Part shown: positions 1 through 9,609 of the stretch, piece by piece
Numbering within the stretch: the stretch's first letter is position 1
Layout: every line of letters starts with the position of its first letter
Assembly: GCA_016186795.1 (NCBI GenBank)
Contig: JACPKY010000002.1
Location: forward strand, 604,771 to 668,770
Origin: Candidatus Gottesmanbacteria bacterium
GTDB taxonomy: Bacteria; Patescibacteriota; Microgenomatia; 2-02-FULL-39-11
Reading direction: 5' to 3'
DNA: 64,000 bases
The notes under the pieces: generated by a model
Databases searched by the model: none
What the model saw: the letters and a program-made list of their open reading frames with translations, nothing else
What the model was told of the DNA's origin: nothing
Program-made: the position numbers and the translations under genes

Positions 1-138
1 CTACAACTGCAAAAAGAAAAAAAATCTTCATTCATTCACTTTCAATTCTTTCATTTTCTACACTGATTTCTTAGAAAGTCAATACCGAGGAAATTTTCTT
101 GAATATCCTCTTTCTTCCTTCTATACTAGTTATCGTCT

Positions 139-1074
139 ATGTTTTTTCTCCACATCCTCACCTACATTTCCTCGTTTATTTTTATATGGATTGGTGCTGG
201 TCTTATTGTTTCCTCGACAGATAGATTTTCACGAAAGTTGAGGCTCTCTACTTTTGCAGTTTCATTTATTATCCTTGGAATTCTTACGTCATCTCCGGAA
301 TTTGCAGTGGGACTTACTGCAATTGCAGAAAGTAATCCTGAAATATTTGTTGGGAATCTCCTCGGTGGTGTCCCAGTTATCTTTCTTTTTATCATTCCTA
401 TCTTGGCAATATTTGGGAATGGCATAAACCTGAAGCATGATCTTGATCGCAATACTTTGCTTGCAACACTTGGAGTAATACTTATTCCGTTTCTCCTTGT
501 TATAGATAAGAAAATTACAAATCCAGAGGGAATACTTTTGATACTTCTTTATATCGTATTAATTTTTCTAATCGAAAGGAGACATGGAATTTTTGACCGG
601 AAAAATACAGAGATACTTAATATAAAATCATACTCGTACCGAGATATTATTCGGGTTCTTGTGGGAGTCGGAATCGTTTTTGTCTCAAGTCAAATCATTG
701 TTGACAAAACGATGTACTTTTCCTCATTTTTCAATATTTCCGCATTCTATATTAGTCTTATTATCCTCTCTTTAGGAACGAATTTACCTGAACTATCACT
801 TGCCATTCGCTCTATCACTTTGGGGAGTAAAGATATTGCCTTTGGCGATTACATGGGATCGGCAGCGGCAAATACGCTTCTTTTCGGAGTATTTACACTT
901 TTGAATAATGGCGAAATCCTGACGGTAAACAATTTTCTTTTTACCTTCGTCTATATAACCATGGGGCTTACGCTTTTTTATTTTTTCTCCAGATCGAAAA
1001 ACAATATTTCCAGGACTGAGGGATTGATCCTCCTTATAGTTTATCTCACCTTTGTAATTGTTGAATTGGTTTGA
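139..1074 (+). CDS. CaCA-family Na+/Ca2+ (cation) exchanger, YrbG-like
   Basis: Multi-TM protein with two alpha-repeats (LTSSPE..., LGTNLPE...). Confidence 0.85.
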   Translation: MFFLHILTYISSFIFIWIGAGLIVSSTDRFSRKLRLSTFAVSFIILGILTSSPEFAVGLTAIAESNPEIFVGNLLGGVPVIFLFIIPILAIFGNGINLKHDLDRNTLLATLGVILIPFLLVIDKKITNPEGILLILLYIVLIFLIERRHGIFDRKNTEILNIKSYSYRDIIRVLVGVGIVFVSSQIIVDKTMYFSSFFNISAFYISLIILSLGTNLPELSLAIRSITLGSKDIAFGDYMGSAAANTLLFGVFTLLNNGEILTVNNFLFTFVYITMGLTLFYFFSRSKNNISRTEGLILLIVYLTFVIVELV

Positions 1075-1099
1075 CAGGTAATAATAGTTGGCATATTCA

Positions 1100-1690
1100 A
1101 TGAATCAAAAAGTAATTGACCATTTTCGCAAATATGATCCTATCATTTATTCATACGCAGTAAGAATCGGTCAAGTACAAATAGATTCTTCCTCAGACCA
1201 CTTCATAAATCTTTGCGAAAGTATCATTAATCAACAACTTTCAGAAAAAGCAGGAGCAACAATTTTCCATCGCTTCCAACAAGCTTTCAAAGGGAAAATC
1301 TCTCCAAAAAATGTTGCTTCTCTATCTTCTGAAAGACTGCGAAGTACGGGAATTTCTCTGTCAAAGATCGGATACCTGAAAGGATTAGCAAAGGGAGTCT
1401 TAGAAAAGAAATTAGTGTTGGAAATGCTGCTAGATCTTCCGAATGAGAAAGTAATTGAAGAACTCACGAAAATAAAAGGGATTGGTAGATGGACTGCCGA
1501 GATGTTTCTTATGTTTTCTCTTGGACGAGAGGATATTTTCTCGTATGGAGACCTGGGGCTGAGACGAGCTATTGAAAAACTTTATAAACTAGAAAATCCC
1601 TCAAAAGAGCATTTGGGGGAAATCTCTCAGAAATGGTCACCCTACCGAACGTACGCATGTATTGTTTTGTGGAGGAGTCTTAAACTATAG
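1100..1690 (+). CDS. alkA: DNA-3-methyladenine glycosylase II (AlkA/HhH-GPD family)
   Basis: IINQQLS, HhH motif LTKIKGIGRWTAEMFLMF, GDLG, WSPYRTYA; start placed at ATG 1100. Confidence 0.85.
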   Translation: MNQKVIDHFRKYDPIIYSYAVRIGQVQIDSSSDHFINLCESIINQQLSEKAGATIFHRFQQAFKGKISPKNVASLSSERLRSTGISLSKIGYLKGLAKGVLEKKLVLEMLLDLPNEKVIEELTKIKGIGRWTAEMFLMFSLGREDIFSYGDLGLRRAIEKLYKLENPSKEHLGEISQKWSPYRTYACIVLWRSLKL

Positions 1691-2731
1691 TCTATTTTCT
1701 TTCGAAACGTCACTTAATTCTTTTAAGATGAATTTACTCGATTCCAATGGCCCCATTTGTACATAGTTCAACTTATATTTTCTACAAATTTCCAGAATAA
1801 ACGGTGTAATTTTTTTTAGCTTACTGCGCGGACAGTTTGGGAAAAGATGATGCTCTATCTGATAATTTAGCCCCATGTACATATAATCAGTCATCCAATG
1901 TCCATAGATATTTCGTGCGGTCATAATCTGATGCTCAAGGAATGAAAATTTCATGCCCCTTGCTATCTGGGGCATACCTTTGTGATTGGGCGCAAAAATA
2001 TTGAGCATATAAAACCCGGCAACCTCATTCGTGAGAATAAAAAATAGAATCGCCTTCCAGAGGGGGAAAATGAGAAACGGCAACACATACCACACGAACA
2101 TTCCCACGATTTGAAGTGTCATTGCAGAGAAAATAACAAGACTCATGTTGTCTTTGTAATATCGGAAAGCTTTAAACCGCATCGTAAAGGACACAAGAGA
2201 CCCTAGAGGATAAAAAAGCCAGGCTTGGTATTTGCGCATGAATCGAACCGCAAGACCTTTTCGCCTCCACATCTCTTTTGTAAAAGAAATCGGTACTTCA
2301 AGATCCGGATCTTCTCCTTCTTCATTCGTATGAGCATGATGGGCATTATGCTTATACTGCCAAACAGCAAATGGAAAGGCAACCACTGACGAACACATAT
2401 ATCCGAAAAGATCATTTATCAAACTTGATTTGAAAATTGCGCGGTGTCCCGCATCGTGGATGAGACCTCCTATTCTTACGGTAAATATTGAAAGTAAAAT
2501 GCTTGCAAGAGCTACAAGCCAGGGATTTGTTTGTACAACGAGAAGATAGACAAAAAAAACAAATCCGGAAATATCAATTATTGAAAGTCCAAGATAATAA
2601 CTATAATCCCTGTTAAGAATTCCGGCTTTCGTCACCTGTGTTCGAAGATGCCCGTAGAGACGTGCCCCTTCAATTGGTGTTATTTTTCTAAGACGCAATA
2701 CGTCAGAATTATTTCTTATTTTGATCGCCAT
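1685..2731 (-). CDS. Membrane acyl-lipid/acyl-CoA desaturase (front-end/delta6-like)
   Basis: Three His boxes HDAGH, HNAHH, QIEHH; TM segments. Confidence 0.9.
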   Translation of the reverse strand: MAIKIRNNSDVLRLRKITPIEGARLYGHLRTQVTKAGILNRDYSYYLGLSIIDISGFVFFVYLLVVQTNPWLVALASILLSIFTVRIGGLIHDAGHRAIFKSSLINDLFGYMCSSVVAFPFAVWQYKHNAHHAHTNEEGEDPDLEVPISFTKEMWRRKGLAVRFMRKYQAWLFYPLGSLVSFTMRFKAFRYYKDNMSLVIFSAMTLQIVGMFVWYVLPFLIFPLWKAILFFILTNEVAGFYMLNIFAPNHKGMPQIARGMKFSFLEHQIMTARNIYGHWMTDYMYMGLNYQIEHHLFPNCPRSKLKKITPFILEICRKYKLNYVQMGPLESSKFILKELSDVSKENRL

Positions 2732-2857
2732 AGGGAAAACAAAAAAAGGTATCTCATTATACCAGGATATACTACAAAAAAACTCAGGTTTTCACCTGAT
2801 TTTTTCAGTATAGGTTCTACCAAGATAGGCAGCTTTTCTTTATAATACTATCGTCTT

Positions 2858-3610
2858 ATGAATACCTCTCCCTCTGCAGTCAAAAAGGAGCTTCGGAAAC
2901 TACAACATCCCAAAAAGGCAAGAATTCTCCAACGATTTTTCAAAACCGGCCCTGGAGAATACGGAGAGGGTGATATTTTCTTGGGAATTAGTGTCCCTCA
3001 AATTCGAAATACGGCAAAGAAATATTTTCACCTTGATCTTATCACGCTTACATCTCTTATAAGAAGCTCAATTCATGAAGAACGACAACTTGCCCTTATG
3101 ATTCTTGTTGCGCAATTTAAAAAAGGAGATGAAAAAGAAAAAAAGAGACTCTATACCTTTTATCTAGACAATATTCACTCTATTAACAATTGGGATCTAA
3201 TCGATGGGTCGGCAGAACATATTATCGGTTCATACTTGGAAAGTAAAAATAAAACTCTCCTTAAAAATTTCGCGTCATCAGACAATCTTTGGAAGAAACG
3301 CATTGCTATGGTCTCGACATTTTACTATATAAAACAAGGCGACCCAAAAGAAGCACTAAAAATCGCCACAATCCTTATCAAGGATAGACATGACCTTATA
3401 CAAAAAGCGGTTGGGTGGATGTTACGAGAGATTGGGAAACGGTGTGGAGAAGATATTGAAGAGGCGTTTTTGAAAAAATACTATAAAGCCATGCCTCGGA
3501 CGATGCTCCGCTACGCTATTGAACATTTTAGTAATTCAAAAAGGGAGTTCTATCTCGCCAAAAAAAATGGTTCGATGCGAAAATCCCCTTCCCTTGCTAT
3601 AATCGAATAA
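2858..3610 (+). CDS. DNA alkylation repair protein (AlkD-like HEAT-repeat glycosylase)
   Basis: FFKTGPGEYGEGD, NNWDLID, IQKAVGWMLRE, MPRTMLRYAIE. Confidence 0.88.
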   Translation: MNTSPSAVKKELRKLQHPKKARILQRFFKTGPGEYGEGDIFLGISVPQIRNTAKKYFHLDLITLTSLIRSSIHEERQLALMILVAQFKKGDEKEKKRLYTFYLDNIHSINNWDLIDGSAEHIIGSYLESKNKTLLKNFASSDNLWKKRIAMVSTFYYIKQGDPKEALKIATILIKDRHDLIQKAVGWMLREIGKRCGEDIEEAFLKKYYKAMPRTMLRYAIEHFSNSKREFYLAKKNGSMRKSPSLAIIE

Positions 3611-3613
3611 TAT

Positions 3614-4789
3614 ATGAAGAAACTAGTACCTCCAAAACCGCCAAAAAAGAAAATCTCTCCTTCATGGCATTTGCCAAATAGAGGCTATCTTATTGCGTTT
3701 ATCTTTGTCGTAGTTATTCTCTCCATTGTTTTACTAAAATTGAAAGACGTCTATACGTCTATCTACACACCCAGTGGTGCTCCTCAAATAACTCAACCAG
3801 CGAAAAATAAAGATATATACACATTTCTTCTCATGGGATATGCCGGTGGGAACCACGATGGTCCGTATCTTACCGATACTATGATGGTTGTCTCTCTTGA
3901 TACGAAAAAGAAAACGGTGCTTCTTGTATCAATCCCTCGGGATCTATGGGTAAAACTTCCAACACGATCAGGGCGGGATCTTCATACCAAAATAAACACA
4001 GTGTACCAGCGAGAGATTTTTGCAAACGAGACAACCGATCTTGACCCTGTGTACCTCGGCAATAAAGAGGACGCAACATTTACAAAATACGTGGTTTCGG
4101 AAGTTCTAGGAATTCCAATTGATAATTATGCGGCAATAGATTTTGCAGGATTTATAACTACCATTGACCTTTTAGGAGGAGTCGATATCCAAGTTCCCAA
4201 ATCATTTGATGACCCCGAATATCCTATCGAAGGAAAAGAGAACGATATCTGCGGTCAAAATGTGGGAGATCTCCCCCGTCTTATCGAAATTGCAACCATT
4301 TCTGCACTCCAAGCATTCCCTTGTCGTTATGAGATTCTCCATTTTGACCAAGGTCCGAACCATATGGATGGAGTTTTGGCATTAAAATTTGTCCGTTCTC
4401 GTCATAGTAAGCAGGATGGAACAGATTTTGGTCGGGCAGAAAGACAACAACTGCTTCTGGAAGGCGTAAAAAATAAAATTCTCTCCATCTCGTTTATTCC
4501 GAAAATTATTCCGTTTATTGATGAAATGAAAAAATATGTGAAGACTGATCTAGAAATTCTTCAAATTCAGAAGCTTATTCAAGAGTCCGAAAAACAAAAA
4601 TTGTATACCGTAATACCACTTGTCCTTTCGGATAAAAACTACGTTGATGTTACACAATCTGAGGATGGTCAATATATCCTAATTCCTAAGAGTGGAGTCG
4701 ATAATTGGGATGTACTCCATAAAGAAATCAAGAGATTAACCGAGGATATTGGCAATACTCCTACACCACCTCAGAAGCCTTCCTCCTAG
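3614..4789 (+). CDS. LCP (LytR-CpsA-Psr) family cell-envelope transferase
   Basis: N-terminal TM, TDTMM, SIPRDLW, RSRH...DFGRAERQQ. Confidence 0.9.
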   Translation: MKKLVPPKPPKKKISPSWHLPNRGYLIAFIFVVVILSIVLLKLKDVYTSIYTPSGAPQITQPAKNKDIYTFLLMGYAGGNHDGPYLTDTMMVVSLDTKKKTVLLVSIPRDLWVKLPTRSGRDLHTKINTVYQREIFANETTDLDPVYLGNKEDATFTKYVVSEVLGIPIDNYAAIDFAGFITTIDLLGGVDIQVPKSFDDPEYPIEGKENDICGQNVGDLPRLIEIATISALQAFPCRYEILHFDQGPNHMDGVLALKFVRSRHSKQDGTDFGRAERQQLLLEGVKNKILSISFIPKIIPFIDEMKKYVKTDLEILQIQKLIQESEKQKLYTVIPLVLSDKNYVDVTQSEDGQYILIPKSGVDNWDVLHKEIKRLTEDIGNTPTPPQKPSS

Positions 4790-5439
4790 ACGCTTTGTTG
4801 GAACTTTTCAAGAATTTGCTTTACTTTCTCATCTGTCACCTGTTGAAAATTTTGATAGTAATTACTGATGGAACTTAAATTTTGAGCTGTTACAACACAA
4901 AGAATCTGGTCAACATATCCCGAAATATCTTCTCGGGCCTCCTGGGAACATACAGGGCAAGCGAAAATAATTTCTTTCGGATGGTACTTTCTTATTGCTT
5001 TCACTGCAGCCAAAACCGTTGCTCCAGTTGCAACCCCATCATCAACAAGAACGACCACTTTTCCACGTATGTCTTGCAATTCCCTTCCTTTTCTATAGAC
5101 GGAAACACGTCGCTCTAATTCCTTCTTTTCTTGAAATATAATGTCTGAAAGCTTGGATTTTTCGATATTCATTTGATTTAAAGCATCCGTATTCCAGTGT
5201 GTTTGTCCTCCCTCAGAGATTGCCCCAATTGCAAACTCTGGATTTCTTGGAGCACCAATTTTTCGGGAAATAATAACATCCAGAGGAAGGTGCATTTTTT
5301 GGGCAACTTCATACCCTACGATAACGCCACCACGAGGAATTGCAAGAAGTATGCGGGGTGTATCTTTATACTGCTGCAGCTTTTCAGAAAGCATTCTTCC
5401 GGCATCAGATCTATCTTGGAAAAATACTGTTCCATCCAT
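4786..5439 (-). CDS. Phosphoribosyltransferase family protein
   Basis: FQDRSDAG, AIPRGG, PRPP motif VVLVDDGVATG. Confidence 0.88.
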   Translation of the reverse strand: MDGTVFFQDRSDAGRMLSEKLQQYKDTPRILLAIPRGGVIVGYEVAQKMHLPLDVIISRKIGAPRNPEFAIGAISEGGQTHWNTDALNQMNIEKSKLSDIIFQEKKELERRVSVYRKGRELQDIRGKVVVLVDDGVATGATVLAAVKAIRKYHPKEIIFACPVCSQEAREDISGYVDQILCVVTAQNLSSISNYYQNFQQVTDEKVKQILEKFQQSV

Positions 5440-5449
5440 ATGAATACTT

Positions 5450-5764
5450 TCAACCTCTTACCGGAACTACCCGTATTGTATCACCTAACTGAAAACCGGA
5501 TTTTTGAATAAACCCTTCCGGTGCTTCGAGGATTTTGGAGTACCGCGGATTCCAGAAATACAGTCTCCATGGAGGAAGAGACCTTTTTATCTTTATAATT
5601 CTCTTTTGGTTATCCAAGACAAGCACATCGATTGCAAATTTCATGCCAAATGTATGAATACCGTATCGGGTGGAAAAAAGTATTGGATAGCCTGTCTTGA
5701 TGGAAAGATAGCCTGTGAGTTTATCAAAGAAAGTCTCTACTTTGTACGCTTTTATCACTTTCAT
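5450..5764 (-). CDS. DUF192 family protein
   Basis: IHTFGMKFAIDVLVLD...PWR...ILE...G pattern. Confidence 0.75.
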   Translation of the reverse strand: MKVIKAYKVETFFDKLTGYLSIKTGYPILFSTRYGIHTFGMKFAIDVLVLDNQKRIIKIKRSLPPWRLYFWNPRYSKILEAPEGFIQKSGFQLGDTIRVVPVRG

Positions 5765-5982
5765 TTTTTCTTGATGATGTCCAATAGATCCTGAATTTCC
5801 TTCTGTAACCCAGTCACCATAGCCTTAAGAACCATTACTTCCTGATGCTTCATCTCAGATGATGCGCTTTCATGAACTACCCCGCGATATCTTCTCATTT
5901 TCATCTTCAGTTTTCCTTCAAAGAAGCTCAATTTCTCCTGAAGTTTACGCAGTTTTTCTTCCTTATCTTTTTCTAAGCTCAT
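5761..5982 (-). CDS. Small coiled-coil hypothetical protein
   Basis: 73-aa ORF with ATGA overlap to the next gene. Confidence 0.6.
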   Translation of the reverse strand: MSLEKDKEEKLRKLQEKLSFFEGKLKMKMRRYRGVVHESASSEMKHQEVMVLKAMVTGLQKEIQDLLDIIKKK

Positions 5983-6027
5983 TTTATCAATTGAGGGTAA
6001 TTATTTAGTTTCTTGGAAACTTGGAGG

Positions 6028-6270
6028 TTATTTCTTGGATGATTTTTTGGAGCTTTTTGTTTTTGATATCTGCCCTTCCGTCTCTTCTTCTAATTCCTCA
6101 TCAGCGGTCATGAGTATTGAAAAAAGAATAAAGCCCGCAAAAATCGGCATAATGAGGGTGAATCGAGTGACTTCATCGGGAACTTTCACTAGTACTGCCA
6201 CTATTCCAACTATTGCAGCTACCCCGGCCCAAACGATTGCTTTATTCTCTGAATAAATCTTTTTCCACAT
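6028..6270 (-). CDS. Small two-TM hypothetical protein
   Basis: Two hydrophobic segments; start placed at MWKKIY, downstream of TTGACA (6312-6307). Confidence 0.55.
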   Translation of the reverse strand: MWKKIYSENKAIVWAGVAAIVGIVAVLVKVPDEVTRFTLIMPIFAGFILFSILMTADEELEEETEGQISKTKSSKKSSKK

Positions 6271-6329
6271 ACTAACTATCATAATCCTATGGTAAGCATG
6301 TATAATTGTCAAGAACTCATATATTCATT

Positions 6330-6684
6330 TTCATTTCTTTGCTCAGCCAAAGAAACGAAACAAAGAAAAGCTGGCCTAGTGCAAGTTTTTGTATTTCTCT
6401 ACGCCTCGCATGGTCAGGGGGTCCCTCGGTTGATGAATCACCCGACACCCCACTTTCATGCTCAGTAAGAGAAATAAGCAAAAACTCTACAGACGGCAAC
6501 TAATGAAAAGACTAATATCCTCGTTGAGAGTTTACATAGTTTTTCTTACCGAAATGCAAGCGTGGGGAAACGGCTGATCCTCAGCCGTGGGACCCCCGCA
6601 GTACATGAGGTTAGAAAAACAAGTAAACTCTCACTCGAGGCGCTTTTTCTTTCTCCTATTTCTTTGAGCGAACAAAGAAATAGG
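6330..6684. repeat. ~355-bp imperfect foldback element with terminal TTTCTTTG-N6-CAAAGAAA hairpins
   Basis: 6417-6433 pairs with 6581-6597; further pairing inward and outward; matching end hairpins at 6334-6355 and 6655-6684. Confidence 0.75.
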
Positions 6685-6694
6685 AACAACATCT

Positions 6695-7558
6695 ATGAAA
6701 GCAGGATATGTCGCAATTATCGGTCGACCAAATAGCGGGAAATCAACGCTTCTTAATAATCTTTTGGGGCAGAAAGTGTCTGTAACCTCGCCGAAACCGC
6801 AAACAACTCGTTTCTCAATCCAAGCAGTTTATAAAGACGAGAGGGGACAAATTATTTTTATCAATACACCTGGCGTATTTGGGAAAGTGAAAGATGCCCT
6901 TTCAAAGAAAATAAATCCTATCACCTCGCAAGTTCTCGGAAACGATGTGGATGTCGTTATCCATCTTGTTGATCACACACGAGATCGGGATTTTGAGGAA
7001 AATAAAATATTAGGTATTATTCGTACGGTTGATAAACCGAAAATTCTTGCCATAAATAAAAGCGACATCCAAAAACCATCTTTCCTTCCGCACTACAAAT
7101 TTATGGAGACAGAATACCATAAAACAATCATGATTTCGGCGCTATACAAATCGAATCTGAATTATCTTTTAGATAGCATTTTTGAACTTCTGCCAGAGCG
7201 AGAAAAGATCGTTGACGATGAAAATCTTCCTACTCCTGCACTCAACATTGATGGTAAAACGTTTCTCGCAGAAATTGTTCGTGAAAAAGCATTCCTCTTT
7301 CTTCGCAAAGAAGTACCATATTCGCTTACTACCAAAATCGATGCTGTGGAGGAAAAAGACGACAATATACTCTATATTAAAGGAAGAATTATTACATCTC
7401 ACGATAGATATAAAAGCATGATTATAGGCGCAAAAGGACGGATGATCAAAGAAATCGGCATGGCAGCACGGAAAGAACTGGAAACAGCAACGAATAAAAA
7501 AATATTTTTGGATTTAACTGTTGAAGTAAACCCGCACTGGTTCGATGAACTACTTTAG
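6695..7558 (+). CDS. era: GTPase Era
   Basis: GRPNSGKS, PQTTR, NKSD, C-terminal KH domain (EVPYS, IIGAKGRMIKEIG). Confidence 0.93.
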   Translation: MKAGYVAIIGRPNSGKSTLLNNLLGQKVSVTSPKPQTTRFSIQAVYKDERGQIIFINTPGVFGKVKDALSKKINPITSQVLGNDVDVVIHLVDHTRDRDFEENKILGIIRTVDKPKILAINKSDIQKPSFLPHYKFMETEYHKTIMISALYKSNLNYLLDSIFELLPEREKIVDDENLPTPALNIDGKTFLAEIVREKAFLFLRKEVPYSLTTKIDAVEEKDDNILYIKGRIITSHDRYKSMIIGAKGRMIKEIGMAARKELETATNKKIFLDLTVEVNPHWFDELL

Positions 7559-8140
7559 ACGCATCAGAGACGGAATACTTTTCCTCAAAGCAATCGATCG
7601 GTGACTGACACGATTTTTCTCACCTAGAGTAACTTGTGCATTTGTTTTTCCGAAAATAGGATTGAAAAAAATCGGATCATACCCAAACCCATTCGCGCCC
7701 TTCGGTTTATCGGTAATATATCCTTCATTGACACCTTTAAATTTTTCTAATTCTCTCGATACAGGATTAAAAAGAGCAACAACAGCAATAAATCGGGCAG
7801 TTCTTTGATCTTTTGGAATTCCTTTCAGTTCTATCAAAACCTTCTTCACTCGATCCTCATCACTCCCATCTGTGTATCGTGCAGAAAAAACCCCAGGACG
7901 ACCATTTAGTGCATCAATCTCCAACCCTGAATCATCTGCAAGAGTCAAAACAGAAAATTTTTCTCCAACTTTCATGGCTTTCAGCGTTGCATTCTCTTCA
8001 AAAGTCATTCCTTTCTCTTCTATATCCTCGTTGAATGAGAAGTCACGGAGCGCTTGAATACGAAAAGGAACATCTTTGAGGATCTCCATCATTTCAGATA
8101 TCTTTCCGGGGTTTTTTGTAGCAAGAAGGAGAGTCTTCAT
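7550..8140 (-). CDS. rdgB: Non-canonical purine NTP pyrophosphatase (RdgB/HAM1)
   Basis: ATKNPGK, ADDSGL, GFGYDPIF, SHR. Confidence 0.95.
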   Translation of the reverse strand: MKTLLLATKNPGKISEMMEILKDVPFRIQALRDFSFNEDIEEKGMTFEENATLKAMKVGEKFSVLTLADDSGLEIDALNGRPGVFSARYTDGSDEDRVKKVLIELKGIPKDQRTARFIAVVALFNPVSRELEKFKGVNEGYITDKPKGANGFGYDPIFFNPIFGKTNAQVTLGEKNRVSHRSIALRKSIPSLMRLK

Positions 8141-9564
8141 GCGGATATCGTTTGCAGCCTTGCAATTGTCTCATTTTTCCCGAGAATTTCCATAGATTCA
8201 TTCAAGGGTGGCGAAACTTTCTTGCCTGTTATAGTTACTCTTAAAATCATGAAATACTCACTATTGGTAAGACCTGTAGCTTTTGCAACTTTTTGTAACT
8301 CTTCCCCGATCCGATCAGATTTCCACTGGGCAATTTGTATATTTTCTAATATATCTGCTGATTTACTAATCACGTCCTGATAGGATTCTAAATCGACTTC
8401 ATACTTTTGGGGTCTCGCATGGAAAAAACTGGAAATCGCATCGTATTCCTTCAATGTACTTATTCGCGGGGAAACAAGCGGAATAACCTTCCTAACTTTT
8501 TCATCAAACTCAGGAGTCGTTCCATACGAACTCATTGTTCTCAAAAGCGTTGTAAAACGTTTTGGATCTAGGGTTGCAAGATCTTGAATGTATTTTTTAT
8601 TGAGCCACTTCAATTTCTCTCTATCAAAAATAGGCGCTGTTGTTTTTATATCTTCAAGTTTAAAGTGCTTCACCATTTCAGAGAGAGAAAATTTGTCTCT
8701 CTCGTTAGGATCTGACCATCCCATAAGAGAAAGATAATTGATAAGCGCCTCGGGCAATATCCCTTGCTCTTTATACCATGATACCCACACCGGGTTTTTC
8801 CGTTTGGAAAGCTTACTTTTATCAGGATTTCGAAGTAGAGGCAGATGAGCAAAAACTGGAAGATCCCATCCGAATGCTTGATAGAGAAGTATATGCTTGG
8901 GTGTTGAGGAAATCCATTCCTCTCCCCGGATAACATGAGTGATTTTCATGAGATGATCGTCAACAACCACCCCTAAATGATATGTGGGAAATCCATCAGA
9001 TTTAATAAGTACCTGATCATCAATGAGCTTATTTTCAAACGAGATTTTCCCCCGCAAAACATCGGTAAACTCTGTAATTCCCTCCTCTGGAACATTGAGT
9101 CGAATAACGTATTTTTCGTTCTTTATTTTTGCCCGCACTTCTTCGGACTTTACTCTCTTGCACGTTCCGTCATACATAGGTGGAAGGCCTTGTGCTATTT
9201 GCTTTTCTCTCATCTTGGTCAAACGTTGGGGAGTACAAAAGCAGTAATATGCATTTCCTTTCTCAACTAGATTCTGAGCATAATTTTTATACAGTGATAA
9301 TCTCTCTGATTGCCTGTATGGAGAATATGGCCCTCCAATATCTGGACCCTCATCGTATGTCAATCCTAACCACTTCAGCGAAGAGAGAATTCTTTCTTCC
9401 GACCCTTTCACAAGTCGTGACCGATCCGTATCTTCTATCCGAATAATAAACTGACCGTTGTTCTTTTTTGCAAATACGAAATTAATAAGTGCCGTATACG
9501 CATTTCCGATGTGGAGATTTTCACCAGTTGGGGATGGGGCAATACGCGTTCGCACCGTCTTCAT
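8137..9564 (-). CDS. gltX: Glutamate--tRNA ligase
   Basis: RIAPSPTG, HIGN, KLSKR. Confidence 0.96.
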   Translation of the reverse strand: MKTVRTRIAPSPTGENLHIGNAYTALINFVFAKKNNGQFIIRIEDTDRSRLVKGSEERILSSLKWLGLTYDEGPDIGGPYSPYRQSERLSLYKNYAQNLVEKGNAYYCFCTPQRLTKMREKQIAQGLPPMYDGTCKRVKSEEVRAKIKNEKYVIRLNVPEEGITEFTDVLRGKISFENKLIDDQVLIKSDGFPTYHLGVVVDDHLMKITHVIRGEEWISSTPKHILLYQAFGWDLPVFAHLPLLRNPDKSKLSKRKNPVWVSWYKEQGILPEALINYLSLMGWSDPNERDKFSLSEMVKHFKLEDIKTTAPIFDREKLKWLNKKYIQDLATLDPKRFTTLLRTMSSYGTTPEFDEKVRKVIPLVSPRISTLKEYDAISSFFHARPQKYEVDLESYQDVISKSADILENIQIAQWKSDRIGEELQKVAKATGLTNSEYFMILRVTITGKKVSPPLNESMEILGKNETIARLQTISA

Positions 9565-9609
9565 ACGTTAATTGATTCTAGCACAGGCCATCATTTATAC
9601 TCAATGTAT

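Noticed and set aside
6306-6503. Short ORFs on both strands upstream of era
   Set aside because: They lie within the foldback element, with no protein-like features
6417-6597. 6S RNA call for the 181-nt core hairpin
   Set aside because: Length fits, but no large central bubble is evident and pairing extends to ~355 nt; left unassigned pending an Rfam search
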